Below, in pieces: positions 19,006 to 28,230 of a stretch of DNA of 62,780 bases. Location of the stretch: the IMG/VR virus record IMGVR_UViG_3300036828_000344, positions 1 through 62,780 of that record. One strand, written 5' to 3'. A program made the position numbers and the translations under genes. Below the pieces are notes generated by a model. It saw nothing but the letters and a program-made list of their open reading frames with translations, was not told the origin of the DNA and ran no database searches. The stretch's first letter is position 1. Each line of letters starts with the position of its first letter. Source of the DNA: a virus. Taxonomy: Duplodnaviria; Caudoviricetes.

Positions 19006-19542
19006 ATGACTATTAAGGCTATCGAGACGCGGTATGACGGATACAAGTTCCGGTCACGGCTGGAAGCACGCTGGGCTGTGTTCTTCAATGAGCTGAGGAT
19101 TGACTGGGAGTATGAGCCGGAGGGCTTTACGGTCGATACTCCGCGCGGCCGGATCAATTACCTGCCCGACTTCTGGCTAGGCACCGGGCAATGGGCCGAG
19201 GTCAAGGGATTTCTGGACCCTGCCGGAATGAGCCGTCTCTACGCGCTCGCCTGTGGGATGTCACTCTGCGGCTCCGGGCACGACCTCGTTGTGTTTGGCG
19301 ATGTGCCACGTCTCCACTCGATTGCCTGGCCGGTTCAGCTGCACTACCATCGACGGCTCTGGGGTGTGGCGTGGCGACCGGAGCCCGGCTGCCCCATGAA
19401 ACGGCCGCATGTCGCGATTGAGGACAGTTTTGAGACGGGGCAGCGCCTGACCGATGGGTTCCCGTTCGGCGTTCCCGACTGGGCGCAGGATGGCCTGCGC
19501 CGCGCTCGCGAGGCGCGGTTTGAATGGGGTGAGTCCGGATGA
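19006..19542 (+). CDS. PD-(D/E)xK nuclease-like protein
   Basis: FRSRLEARWA, WEYEPEG, YLPDFWL and WAEVKG. Confidence 0.8.
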   Translation: MTIKAIETRYDGYKFRSRLEARWAVFFNELRIDWEYEPEGFTVDTPRGRINYLPDFWLGTGQWAEVKGFLDPAGMSRLYALACGMSLCGSGHDLVVFGDVPRLHSIAWPVQLHYHRRLWGVAWRPEPGCPMKRPHVAIEDSFETGQRLTDGFPFGVPDWAQDGLRRAREARFEWGESG

Positions 19543-19634
19543 TGGGCTTGTGGGAAGGTCTCGCTACGGCCGGAATCGCCATCTGCGTTATCGTCGTGGC
19601 GCTGATCCTGGCGTTCTGGAGGACACAGCCATGA
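19539..19634 (+). CDS. 31-aa single-TM microprotein
   Basis: MMGLWEGLATAGIAICVIVVALILAFWRTQP; ATGA overlaps at both ends. Confidence 0.55.
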   Translation: MMGLWEGLATAGIAICVIVVALILAFWRTQP

Positions 19635-19804
19635 CTGTTCCGGGCGATGGCGTGGCCGAGGAAGGCGAGCCGGAGCGCGCGACCGATGGGCTTATCTTCC
19701 ATCCGGCCGACTCGATACGCAAGCTGTACCTGTGCCCGGAATGCGATGATGAGTACGTGGACGCGGCCTCGCTCGGCGCACATCGGCTCCGCGACCACGC
19801 CTAG
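19631..19804 (+). CDS. C2H2-type zinc-finger microprotein
   Basis: YLCPECDDEYVDAASLGAHRLRDH fits C-x2-C-x3-Y-x5-L-x2-H-x4-H; RBS GGAGG. Confidence 0.65.
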   Translation: MTVPGDGVAEEGEPERATDGLIFHPADSIRKLYLCPECDDEYVDAASLGAHRLRDHA

Positions 19805-19811
19805 GAAAGCC

Positions 19812-19846
19812 AGAGAGCCCGGAGTCACTTCATCTCCGGGCTCTCT
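19812..19846. terminator. GAGCCCGG-family hairpin
   Basis: AGAGAGCCCGGAG...CTCCGGGCTCTCT at a convergent junction. Confidence 0.65.
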
Positions 19847-20267
19847 TGCCCCAGTCCGGCCGGGCCGCGTGGCCTCCTGGGAGCTATGGGCTATCTGGTA
19901 ACCTTCCTGAATGGGTTGCCGCACGTGCAGAAGTGAATCCACCGTTTGCAGATGATGCACCTTTCGATTTTGTTACGCATTTTTCTCACCTCCTCAGATT
20001 ATCGCGCTTGCGCGGAGGTCGATGAACATGTCAAGTAGGTGCTCCATGAAATGGAGAGCGTGCCCGCCGCAGTGCTGCAGGAGCCGGTAGAAAAACTGGA
20101 ATACGTCCCAGACCTCGGATATCACTTGACTCGCCTTCCGTTCCGGATCTGACCCTTGACCTGCGGCCGGAGTATCTTGCGGAGCTTACGCTGGATCTTG
20201 CGCTTGAGGTTCTGCGCTCCGACCGTCAGGAGCGCGCCGGCCACGAGGCCGACAACGAACACACCGG

Positions 20268-20472
20268 TCATACCGGCACCACCTCCACGAGCGCGAGCTT
20301 CATGACCGGCACAAGGTCGGCTCCACGACGCCGCGCAGATTCGGGAGACGGAGCCCTAACGGTGATCTCGGCCGACCGGAACTTTGAGTGATCGCAGACC
20401 GGAGCGAACTTCAGAACGTACTCGTGAAGCTCGATATTCGGGACCACGCACCCGTCCTCGTGAAACATCATT
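20268..20472 (-). CDS. Hypothetical protein
   Basis: Preceded by GAAAGGCGAG; start approximate. Confidence 0.55.
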
Positions 20473-20810
20473 TTCTCGCCTTTCGCCTGGGGCTGGCCCG
20501 GTGCCGCTGCCCTTGCCTTTAGCATGTCCGCAGAATTCGCCGCTTCCGGCCTACCGGGCCAACTACTACAATAGTACCGCGCAGGGCCGACCGGAGTCTA
20601 CCCCACGCGGTACTTTTCTTGTGGTTTTTTACCGGCTGAGCCGGTCGGTGTCGGGCCACGCGCTCAGGAGCTTGTAGCCCAGATTCTCGGTGCCGGCCTG
20701 CCTGACGTCGAGATCACCGCCGAAGCAGCTGGCACCCTGGGAATTGAAATCCATGTTCACCTCCCATCCATCCTGTCGCTAGCTCCGGAGGCGAATGCCG
20801 CCAGAGACGT

Positions 20811-21293
20811 TCAGCCGCCGATGAAGCCGACCTGGCCAGCCGGGCCGTCCAGGACGAGGAAGTTGCCCGACATGTGGGCGGTCACGCCGGAGCCGAATGA
20901 GCCTGAGTTCGCGAGCGGTAGGATGGCACCGATCATGGTACGGCCGGAGTCGGTCAGCTGGACCACGCCTTCGCCGGTCTTGCCGTGCGTGCCGGCAGCG
21001 ATCGCAACAACGTACGGCTCCAGCATCTTGCCGGAACTGTCGTTGAAGTCGCCTGCGGCCTTCATCTGCACAGCCGTCAGCGTCTGCGTGACGGAGTAGC
21101 CGTCAGCCGTTAGGACGCTGGCCGGGCTCGCCGGAGCGGAAGCCGTGAACGGGCCGACCGAGAGCGCGGCGCAGACGGCCACAGCCAGCCCCAGGAGGGC
21201 CGTAACGACCGCAGCGAGGATAGCGGGCCGGAGGTAGCGCGAGCGCTTAGCGGTGGTGGGCTCCTGGGCCGTGGTGGGGATAACGTAAGACAT
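20811..21293 (-). CDS. Membrane-anchored or secreted protein
   Basis: Basic segment followed by a long hydrophobic helix. Confidence 0.7.
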   Translation of the reverse strand: MSYVIPTTAQEPTTAKRSRYLRPAILAAVVTALLGLAVAVCAALSVGPFTASAPASPASVLTADGYSVTQTLTAVQMKAAGDFNDSSGKMLEPYVVAIAAGTHGKTGEGVVQLTDSGRTMIGAILPLANSGSFGSGVTAHMSGNFLVLDGPAGQVGFIGG

Positions 21294-21386
21294 GGTGTTC
21301 TCGCCTTTCAGGGCATAGTAGACGTACCGGACGGTACGCCTAGCCGGAGCCGGTCGGAGACCGGCACCAGCCAGGCAGGCCGTGCC

Positions 21387-21806
21387 TTAATCCTGAACCT
21401 TGAATGTGATCCGGGCTATGTCGGCTGCTGTGCCCATACGGGCCAGAGCCGATTCCGCGAGCTGCTTGCGTGCCTCGTTGGGCACGACGATTGTGTGAGG
21501 CTCGCCGGAGTCGATTGCTTCCCGGATGATGCGGGGAAGTTCGGTTGTCCAGTCGCCTCCGTGCGGGTAGTTGCAGGGCTCCGCGAGGTCGGGCAGGCCG
21601 TGCTCGTCGCAGCGGTACCGGAGCGGAGTCCTGGCTGCCTCGCGGAGCGCAGCTGCCTCGTGCGCGAAGTAGGCTGCGAGCGTGGCCCTAACGTGCTGCT
21701 CGAATTTCGCCGGATTGACACAGTCCATGCCGCGCATGATGAGCGGAGTCAGCTCGCTCGCGGACACATCGGCATCCTGCCAGTCCTGCATCGTAGGTGT
21801 TGCCAT
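21387..21806 (-). CDS. Hypothetical protein
   Basis: Preceded by GAAAGGCGAG. Confidence 0.65.
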   Translation of the reverse strand: MATPTMQDWQDADVSASELTPLIMRGMDCVNPAKFEQHVRATLAAYFAHEAAALREAARTPLRYRCDEHGLPDLAEPCNYPHGGDWTTELPRIIREAIDSGEPHTIVVPNEARKQLAESALARMGTAADIARITFKVQD

Positions 21807-21872
21807 GATCTCGCCTTTCGCTAGAGCGTACTGCTGCCGGGCTCCGGAGAGCCCGGCAGTCTGATCGGCTTC

Positions 21873-22412
21873 CTACTCCGGCTTGCGCCAGTCCGACGTG
21901 GTCGGACGGGCGAACTTGGCCGGCCAGTAGCGCTGCCACGCGGCACCACCGGTCGGGAGAACCTTGAGCCAGTTCGCGATCTTCTCCTGGTCGGCCTTGG
22001 AGTGACCGGCGAAGTGCCCGGCCACGAGGTCGATCAGCTCGCGGGCGAGAACCTGGTTGCCCTCGCGCGCCGAGGTCGCGGAGCCGTTCTGCTCGGCCTT
22101 GGGAGTGGGGGTGGCGTTCGCCTTCGCGGCCGGAGTCCTGCCCTTGGCCGGAGTCCTCACGCCGGTCGCGGCAGCCTTCGCCGGAGTCTTCGCGGTCGCT
22201 GTCTTGGGCTTGCCGGTCTGCGCCTTCCGTCCGGCCGGAGCCGTCGCCGGAGTCTTCGCGGTCGTGGTCTCCGTCGCGGGCTTGGCGCTCGCCGCACGCC
22301 GCGAGCGGCGCGGAGGGGCATCGGTCTTGGTCTCTGCCTTGGGAGGGTTCAGGACACCCGCCAGAACCTCGGCATCCTTCGCGGCCTCGTGGGTGGTGGT
22401 CTGCTCGGTCAT
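21873..22412 (-). CDS. Protein with histone-H1-like K/A/T/P-rich N-terminus and a C-terminal domain shared with 14605-15102
   Basis: AKTPA/RTPA repeats; paralogous C-terminus. Confidence 0.75.
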   Translation of the reverse strand: MTEQTTTHEAAKDAEVLAGVLNPPKAETKTDAPPRRSRRAASAKPATETTTAKTPATAPAGRKAQTGKPKTATAKTPAKAAATGVRTPAKGRTPAAKANATPTPKAEQNGSATSAREGNQVLARELIDLVAGHFAGHSKADQEKIANWLKVLPTGGAAWQRYWPAKFARPTTSDWRKPE

Positions 22413-22687
22413 TTTCTCGCCTTTCGCCTAGGCCCAGTTTTCCGGGCCGTTGAGACAACTCTACCTGATGTCTGGGGTGCCGTCTACGGATTTCTGAACT
22501 TTCTCAGGAATTTCTCTGCGGTTGTTCCGGAGGTAGCGCGCGGCCGGAGCCGCGAGCACGGTTAGGCTGCCTAGTGCCTTCGCGAGAGCCCAGAACGTCG
22601 TGCCGGTCGGCTGCGTCAGCCAGATGACCGAGAGGAACGCTCCGGTCAGCCCACAGAGGACTAGCCACGATATCACGAAGGCTCGTT

Positions 22688-23329
22688 TCATGATTCCTCT
22701 TCCGGGCCGAACAGAACGCGCTCCGCGAATTCGCGGTCGGTCAGGACTTGCCGGCACCACGCGGCGCAGGTCTCGTTAGGATCACCGTACGCGCCGATCA
22801 TTCCGACAACGTCACGCAGAAGGTGAATCAGGACTAGGCCGGTATCGCGCTCACGGCCAAGACCATAATAGGTCGCAGGAACGTCCGCACTCGGTAGCTC
22901 GCGCTCGCGCTCCGACTCCCACCAGCAAGTAGGGTTCGGCCGCTCGCACACCCAGTTCAGGTACTCCGCATCCCGCAGAGCCGGGTAGAACGGGCTCTCA
23001 GCCGGCCCACGCCTCGCGTAAGTAAACCGGCCTCGCAGGATCATCTCATCAAACTTCCGGGTAGCGCGGTAGACGACCTCATAGGCCGACTCTCCACCGA
23101 TAGTCTCGTACACGCCATCCAGGAAGCCTAGCTCATCATCGCGGTCGCGCTCCACGAACCGGATCTCTCCGTTACGCGCCACGCCAGCTAGGAACGCGCT
23201 CCACCGGCGTCCCAGTTTCTCGCCGGTCGGGAAGGTAAAGGCACAGGGCACCTTCACGGTCTCCAGGTCCAGGTACGCGACATCATCGCGGAACCTACCA
23301 GGAACCTCTATCGTCCACAGATCGTACAT
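22688..23329 (-). CDS. DEDD/RNase H-like 3'-5' exonuclease (putative)
   Basis: YLDLET (ExoI), KFD (ExoII) and HLLRD (ExoIII)-like segments. Confidence 0.5.
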   Translation of the reverse strand: MYDLWTIEVPGRFRDDVAYLDLETVKVPCAFTFPTGEKLGRRWSAFLAGVARNGEIRFVERDRDDELGFLDGVYETIGGESAYEVVYRATRKFDEMILRGRFTYARRGPAESPFYPALRDAEYLNWVCERPNPTCWWESERERELPSADVPATYYGLGRERDTGLVLIHLLRDVVGMIGAYGDPNETCAAWCRQVLTDREFAERVLFGPEEES

Positions 23330-23332
23330 TCG

Positions 23333-23372
23333 CTCGCCTTTCGTCGCCTAGGGGCAATCTTACCCTAGTTTC
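23333..23372. repeat. Direct repeat copy 1 (promoter plus RBS module)
   Basis: Matches 23572-23612 apart from one indel. Confidence 0.9.
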
Positions 23373-23568
23373 ACAGGCTTACCTCTCCCGGAGTGACTTC
23401 GCCGGTAATCGCGCTCATGTCCTCGGCGCAGTCCTGCGTACGGATTGCGGCCGCGAGGCTCTCAAGCGATCCGGCTACGTCCTCGCGGCTAAGGCCGTTG
23501 CCTAGCGCGAGGCGCGCGGTGAGGGTGGTCGTGAGGTAGAAGTTCGCCCACGCGGTGTTCGGGTTCAT
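23371..23568 (-). CDS. Hypothetical protein flanked by direct repeats
   Basis: ORF lies between the two ~40-bp repeats. Confidence 0.65.
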   Translation of the reverse strand: MNPNTAWANFYLTTTLTARLALGNGLSREDVAGSLESLAAAIRTQDCAEDMSAITGEVTPGEVSL

Positions 23569-23571
23569 TTT

Positions 23572-23612
23572 CTCGCCTTTCGTTCGCCTAGGGGCAATCT
23601 TACCCTAGTTTC
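23572..23612. repeat. Direct repeat copy 2
   Basis: CTCGCCTTTCGTTCGCCTAGGGGCAATCTTACCCTAGTTTC. Confidence 0.9.
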
Positions 23613-23817
23613 TGCGGGAAAGCGAGCGCGAGCGAGGAAGCCATGGAACAGTATTTTCCCACTTCTCAAGGTCATCGGCCATCTTGGCGTACCGCGCTGC
23701 GTCCTCCCACATCAGCGTCACGAACCGATGGCTGACGCCTCGCTGCGCAGCGGTACTGGCGACCAGAGCCGTGCTCTCGGCGCATAGTCGCCAGTACCGG
23801 ACCTCGTAACTGGGCAT
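23605..23817 (-). CDS. Hypothetical protein
   Basis: Operon packing. Confidence 0.5.
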   Translation of the reverse strand: MPSYEVRYWRLCAESTALVASTAAQRGVSHRFVTLMWEDAARYAKMADDLEKWENTVPWLPRSRSLSRRN

Positions 23818-23820
23818 CGG

Positions 23821-24438
23821 TCAGGTGGAGTTGACTATCACGACGTACGGCCAGTTGCCGTTGTGGGAATGGCTCACCTTGCCGCCGAACCTGTTGGCGT
23901 TGACGTAGCAGTAGCCCCAGTCAGTACCGGAGCCGGAACCAGAGTGGTACAGAGTCGAGCACGCGGCGCACGGAGACCAGCCACCCTGATAGCCAGCGCC
24001 GGAGAGCCCGACAGCCATGGCGTAGCTGAAGCTCGCGCCGGGAGAATGTGAGCCGTCGCCACGGCTCGCGACGCACTGACCGCTAGCATTCGTGCCGGGC
24101 CAGTATTGTGAGTAGCAGTACTGGCACCAGCGCCAGCCGTTCTGGTAACCGGGCGTGCCCGGCAGGCCTCCGGTCGTGCCCTGGTTGTAGATCATCGAGT
24201 AATGCCAGCCCGGAGCGGCATGACCGTCGCCCGGCTGCTTAGGACAGACACCGCGTCCCTGGAATGGCGAGCCGCCATCGTAGGCCTGCGAGCACAGCGA
24301 GCACCATGCCCAGTTCGGCTGGTGTGTCTGCGCGAGAGCTACGCCACCGCTCGCGGCTAGCAGGGCGACACTGCCGGCTGCGGCCGCTCCGGCTCCGATG
24401 AGGAACCTACGCCTGGTTGGCCCGGTTAGTTCTGTCAT
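23821..24438 (-). CDS. Tat-exported Cys/His-rich repeat protein
   Basis: TRRRFL twin-arginine signal with ALA cleavage site; three Q..W..C..C...Y...C...H repeats. Confidence 0.8.
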   Translation of the reverse strand: MTELTGPTRRRFLIGAGAAAAGSVALLAASGGVALAQTHQPNWAWCSLCSQAYDGGSPFQGRGVCPKQPGDGHAAPGWHYSMIYNQGTTGGLPGTPGYQNGWRWCQYCYSQYWPGTNASGQCVASRGDGSHSPGASFSYAMAVGLSGAGYQGGWSPCAACSTLYHSGSGSGTDWGYCYVNANRFGGKVSHSHNGNWPYVVIVNST

Positions 24439-24561
24439 TGTGACCTCTCTGGTTAAGCGGCCCAATTTGTTGAGCGAGCCCGGTCACTCGGCCGGGGGTG
24501 GTCGGCGTGACCGGGCTCGCGGTCGGGCTAGCGACAGCAAGCTAGCCCTGGGGGATGGCTA

Positions 24562-25059
24562 CTAGTGCGCCGGGAACACGAGCAGGAACGTGCCTGCGAT
24601 GTTCTCCGGCCCGGTCTCCGAGTAGTCGCCGGTGACGTGCTCGCCAGCGCCGATCACGCCGCTGAACGTCCGCACGCCCTGGTTGCCGGCGTCCGGGCCG
24701 GTCGTGGGGTAGCTGACGCTGAGAACCACATCATTGCCGAACTGGATGCCGTGCACCTGAAGGTTGACGTGCACCGGCTCGTAGTTGTCGCGGATGATCC
24801 CGGAGATCACCCACACGCCGCCACCGGCGTAGTGCGACAGGAACAGCGCCGGGTAGGTGTACGTGGTCGTGCCGTCCACGAGCTTGAGGACGTTGAAGCC
24901 GTTCAGGTGCTTCACCGGCATCGGAATGGGATGGTGAACGGCCGTCAGTGTGGCCGGCGCAGCGGTGCTGGCGGATGCGGCCGCAGCCCCACCTCCGGCG
25001 AGCGCTAGCGCGAGTGCCGCTCCGGCGAGCCCTGTGAAGAGCCGTCTCCTGCTGGACAT
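24562..25059 (-). CDS. Secreted protein (Tat-like signal)
   Basis: MSSRRRLF, hydrophobic stretch, ASA cleavage site; RBS GGAGGG. Confidence 0.75.
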   Translation of the reverse strand: MSSRRRLFTGLAGAALALALAGGGAAAASASTAAPATLTAVHHPIPMPVKHLNGFNVLKLVDGTTTYTYPALFLSHYAGGGVWVISGIIRDNYEPVHVNLQVHGIQFGNDVVLSVSYPTTGPDAGNQGVRTFSGVIGAGEHVTGDYSETGPENIAGTFLLVFPAH

Positions 25060-25159
25060 ATATGTCCCCTCCTGCTGTGGGCGTGGGTGAATCCCTCGCC
25101 TACCTCGGCCTACCGTAGCGTATACATACCTGTGGTTTCTACGCACAGAGCCGAAATTC

Positions 25160-25723
25160 TTAAATCGCTTCCGGATAGAGATTTGCCATATCCCATCCAG
25201 GAGGATATGGCCATAGTTTCTTTGCGAATTCCATATTTTCCTTCGCGAGCCGGAGCGCGGTTATGGCGTGCCTTACTGCCGCTCGCATATGGTCTGGACC
25301 AGCAATCCACAATCCCCATTGCTTTAGCCGGTGATCGGTCGCCGTGCTAAAGGCGATACCTCGCGACTGGAAATGTAGTGTGGAATCGCCAAGCTGATTC
25401 TGGTGGCCGAGTAGCGTCATCATCGCGCCTAGCCGTACAGGGCTGAGCGTCTCTGGGTCAGTAGACCGGAATGATGGGTCAATGTCCCAGCCTTCCATGA
25501 TAAGAGCTGGGCCGGTCTTGTAGTCGAGTGACTGGACCTCGCGGACTAGCCGCGCGAGCGCCATCGCCTGGACGGGCTCTGCGCCGGAGAATTCGCCATA
25601 GTCCCATTCCAGGATTGCGGATGGCCCATCGCCAAATACCGAATCGCGCGGCACAGTCAGCAGCGCCCATCCGGTCGTTCCGCCTGGGTCTATGCCCATT
25701 ATGTGGAGGTGCCTGGTAGTCAT
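25160..25723 (-). CDS. RuvC-like Holliday junction resolvase
   Basis: GIDPGGTTGWA, central Glu (IMEG), C-terminal DH..AA.RHA. Confidence 0.75.
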   Translation of the reverse strand: MTTRHLHIMGIDPGGTTGWALLTVPRDSVFGDGPSAILEWDYGEFSGAEPVQAMALARLVREVQSLDYKTGPALIMEGWDIDPSFRSTDPETLSPVRLGAMMTLLGHQNQLGDSTLHFQSRGIAFSTATDHRLKQWGLWIAGPDHMRAAVRHAITALRLAKENMEFAKKLWPYPPGWDMANLYPEAI

Positions 25724-26001
25724 CGGCTCGCCTTCCGTCGCCTTTGGTTAGAATGGGCCGGCCAGGTTTACCAGGGAGTCTGCAGCTCCACCAGTCCTGG
25801 CCGGCCCCTTGCGCTCTATCCCCTGTCGGCAGGCGAGGGCCTCAGGGTTGGGCGGCGCAATACCGACTATACCCGGTACGGCCGGGAAAGAAAAGCCGCA
25901 AAGAATTGCGTAACGTTTAGAGGTAGAATAGAGGGAGGTCCAGGCACGCTACCCGGCACCTGGACCTCCAGAGTCCCTATCTCCCGAAAGGACCACCACT
26001 C

Positions 26002-28230
26002 ATGAGTATAGCCGCTTCCGGCGAATATCGCGAGCCGCTATCTGCTGCGCATAATCTGGCCGAGATGGGTGTGCCTATATTCTGCTGCCGTCTTGGGGAT
26101 GACGGCAATCCACGTGGAGCTTTTGACTGGCAGAACACAGAGGCCGGAGACGAGTCGCACGCCGCTATTGAGCGCTGGCGTCCGGGTATGGGGCTTGGCG
26201 CTCTCGGTGGGGTTATCTTTGACATCATTGACGTTGATCCGCGTAATGGCGGAGATCTGTCATGGCGGGTATTGCTACGATGCCTAGCCGGAGATCCGCC
26301 AGAGATATTCGGCATCGCTGCTACTCCGTCGCGCGGCGCGCATTTCTACATCGCGTCGCAGGGTGTTGGCCGGCAGAAGCTGCTCAAGGGAATCGACCTC
26401 CAGGCGCGCAGCGGATTCGTGTTTATCCCTCCGACCGTTAGGCCATCTAAGGCCGCAGGCGACAACGGAGCGCTCCGGCCGTACCGCTGGGTATCGGAGG
26501 TCCACTGGCAGGCAACTCCCTGGGCACACGAGCCGTCTGCGGCGTTCGCGATGCTGCCGTGGAGTAATGGCGAGCCTACTGGCGCTAGTAGCGGTAGCTC
26601 GCGGAAGACTCCGGCCGAATGGATGGAGACCGCGCTCACAGCCGAGACAGGCGAACAGCGCGGTGCTCTGCTCGGCCTCGTGATGGAGTATATGTTCCGT
26701 GGAATGCCGGACGCGGCTATTGCCGATACGCTCCGGAACTTCCTGCTGAAGATGCCTGTGTTTGACGAGGACAGGCCATGGTACCCGGCTCGTGGCGGAA
26801 ATCCGGATAAATGGATTCATTCACTGATGCGGAAGTCGGCTAGCTTCCGGCCAGCACCGGACGCAGACAGCGATGAGCTGGAAGGCATCAGGGATGTTGA
26901 GCCGAGACGGATAACGACAGAACATGCGGAAAGTGCTGAAGAGATAGCGTTCTGGGAATCAAGGCCGGTTCTGGCGCATATCCGTACGTCGGCTCGCGCT
27001 CGCCGCGCCTCGCCGTGGGCCGTGCTTGGCGAAGCTATGGCTGAGGCGGTATGTCATACGCCATCGACTCTGCTGCTACCTCCGGTCATTGGTGGCGAAG
27101 GCACGCTCAATATGCTCATCGCTATCGTCGGCAAGCCCGGCATCGGGAAGAATGCTGCTGCGCGGGCAGCGCGAGCCGCTTTCCGATGGACCGGAATCAT
27201 GGGGATTATTGATGACAAGGTAGACCGGATTCCGATTGGCTCTGGCGAGGGTATCGCCAAGTCATACGGAATGTCCATGAAGAACAAGGAAACTGGCGTT
27301 ATCGAAGTCGCCCGTGTAGCGGAGTCGGTTATCTTCACAATTCCGGAAATCGACACCTTTGGCGCACTTCACGGCCGGTCGGGCTCTACCCTGTCGCCGG
27401 AGATGCGGAAATTTTACTCTGGTGAAGCGCTTGGATTTGGGTACTCTAACCGCGAGTCGCGAGTCATAATCGAAGACCATACTTATCGTGGATGTATCAT
27501 CGCTGGTGTACAGCCTGGGCGAGGCGAAGTTATCCTGGGTGATATGGACAGCGGATTCGCGCAACGCTGGCTATGGCTACCAGCGCGAGATGAGACCATG
27601 CCTAGGGAACGGCCGGAGATGCCCCGTCCAATGGACTGGGAGCCTCCTGGCCTAGTAGAGTCGCTTGGCTATAGCGATGGGCCGTACGTCATGCCTGTGT
27701 TCGATGGTGCGTGGGATCTCGCGGATGAAGCGATCTTCAATTACCACCTGCAGAACGACAACGACGATGACCGCGAGGCGCATGCGTTCTATACGCGGCT
27801 AAAGGTCGCGGCCGGGCTCGCGCTCCTGGACGGCTCCGATGAGCTGCGTGAGTCGGACTGGGAGCTATCAGCGTACGTCATGAAGGTTAGCGGGAATACT
27901 CGCGACTATGTGGCACGTGTACTAGCGGAGAAGGCAGCAGCAGCGAATGAGGCTGCTGGACGGTCGGAAGGTAAGCGGCGCGCTGCTGCGGAGGCGTCTC
28001 ACACCAAGACCGTTAACACTAAGATCGCAAAGCGAGTCCTCGCGCTACTCGATTACAGCGAATTCCGGACGTATACAAAGATTACGATGAGCGGATTCAA
28101 TTCTGCTGATAGAAGTCTTGTCCCAGACGTGCTGATTGAGCTTGGTCTAGCTGGGATGGTTGAGTCGGAAAATTACACATATCGGGGCCGTAAATCGATT
28201 CGATACCGCAAAATACGCAAGACAAAGTGA
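26002..28230 (+). CDS. Bifunctional primase-polymerase fused to a P-loop helicase domain
   Basis: DIIDVDPRNGG, TPSRGAHFY and GFVFIPPT (Prim-Pol); GKPGIGKN Walker A. Confidence 0.88.
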   Translation: MSIAASGEYREPLSAAHNLAEMGVPIFCCRLGDDGNPRGAFDWQNTEAGDESHAAIERWRPGMGLGALGGVIFDIIDVDPRNGGDLSWRVLLRCLAGDPPEIFGIAATPSRGAHFYIASQGVGRQKLLKGIDLQARSGFVFIPPTVRPSKAAGDNGALRPYRWVSEVHWQATPWAHEPSAAFAMLPWSNGEPTGASSGSSRKTPAEWMETALTAETGEQRGALLGLVMEYMFRGMPDAAIADTLRNFLLKMPVFDEDRPWYPARGGNPDKWIHSLMRKSASFRPAPDADSDELEGIRDVEPRRITTEHAESAEEIAFWESRPVLAHIRTSARARRASPWAVLGEAMAEAVCHTPSTLLLPPVIGGEGTLNMLIAIVGKPGIGKNAAARAARAAFRWTGIMGIIDDKVDRIPIGSGEGIAKSYGMSMKNKETGVIEVARVAESVIFTIPEIDTFGALHGRSGSTLSPEMRKFYSGEALGFGYSNRESRVIIEDHTYRGCIIAGVQPGRGEVILGDMDSGFAQRWLWLPARDETMPRERPEMPRPMDWEPPGLVESLGYSDGPYVMPVFDGAWDLADEAIFNYHLQNDNDDDREAHAFYTRLKVAAGLALLDGSDELRESDWELSAYVMKVSGNTRDYVARVLAEKAAAANEAAGRSEGKRRAAAEASHTKTVNTKIAKRVLALLDYSEFRTYTKITMSGFNSADRSLVPDVLIELGLAGMVESENYTYRGRKSIRYRKIRKTK

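Noticed and set aside
21688-22458. 256-aa alternative-frame ORF
   Set aside because: Overlaps 21873-22412, which has the RBS motif and a paralogous domain.
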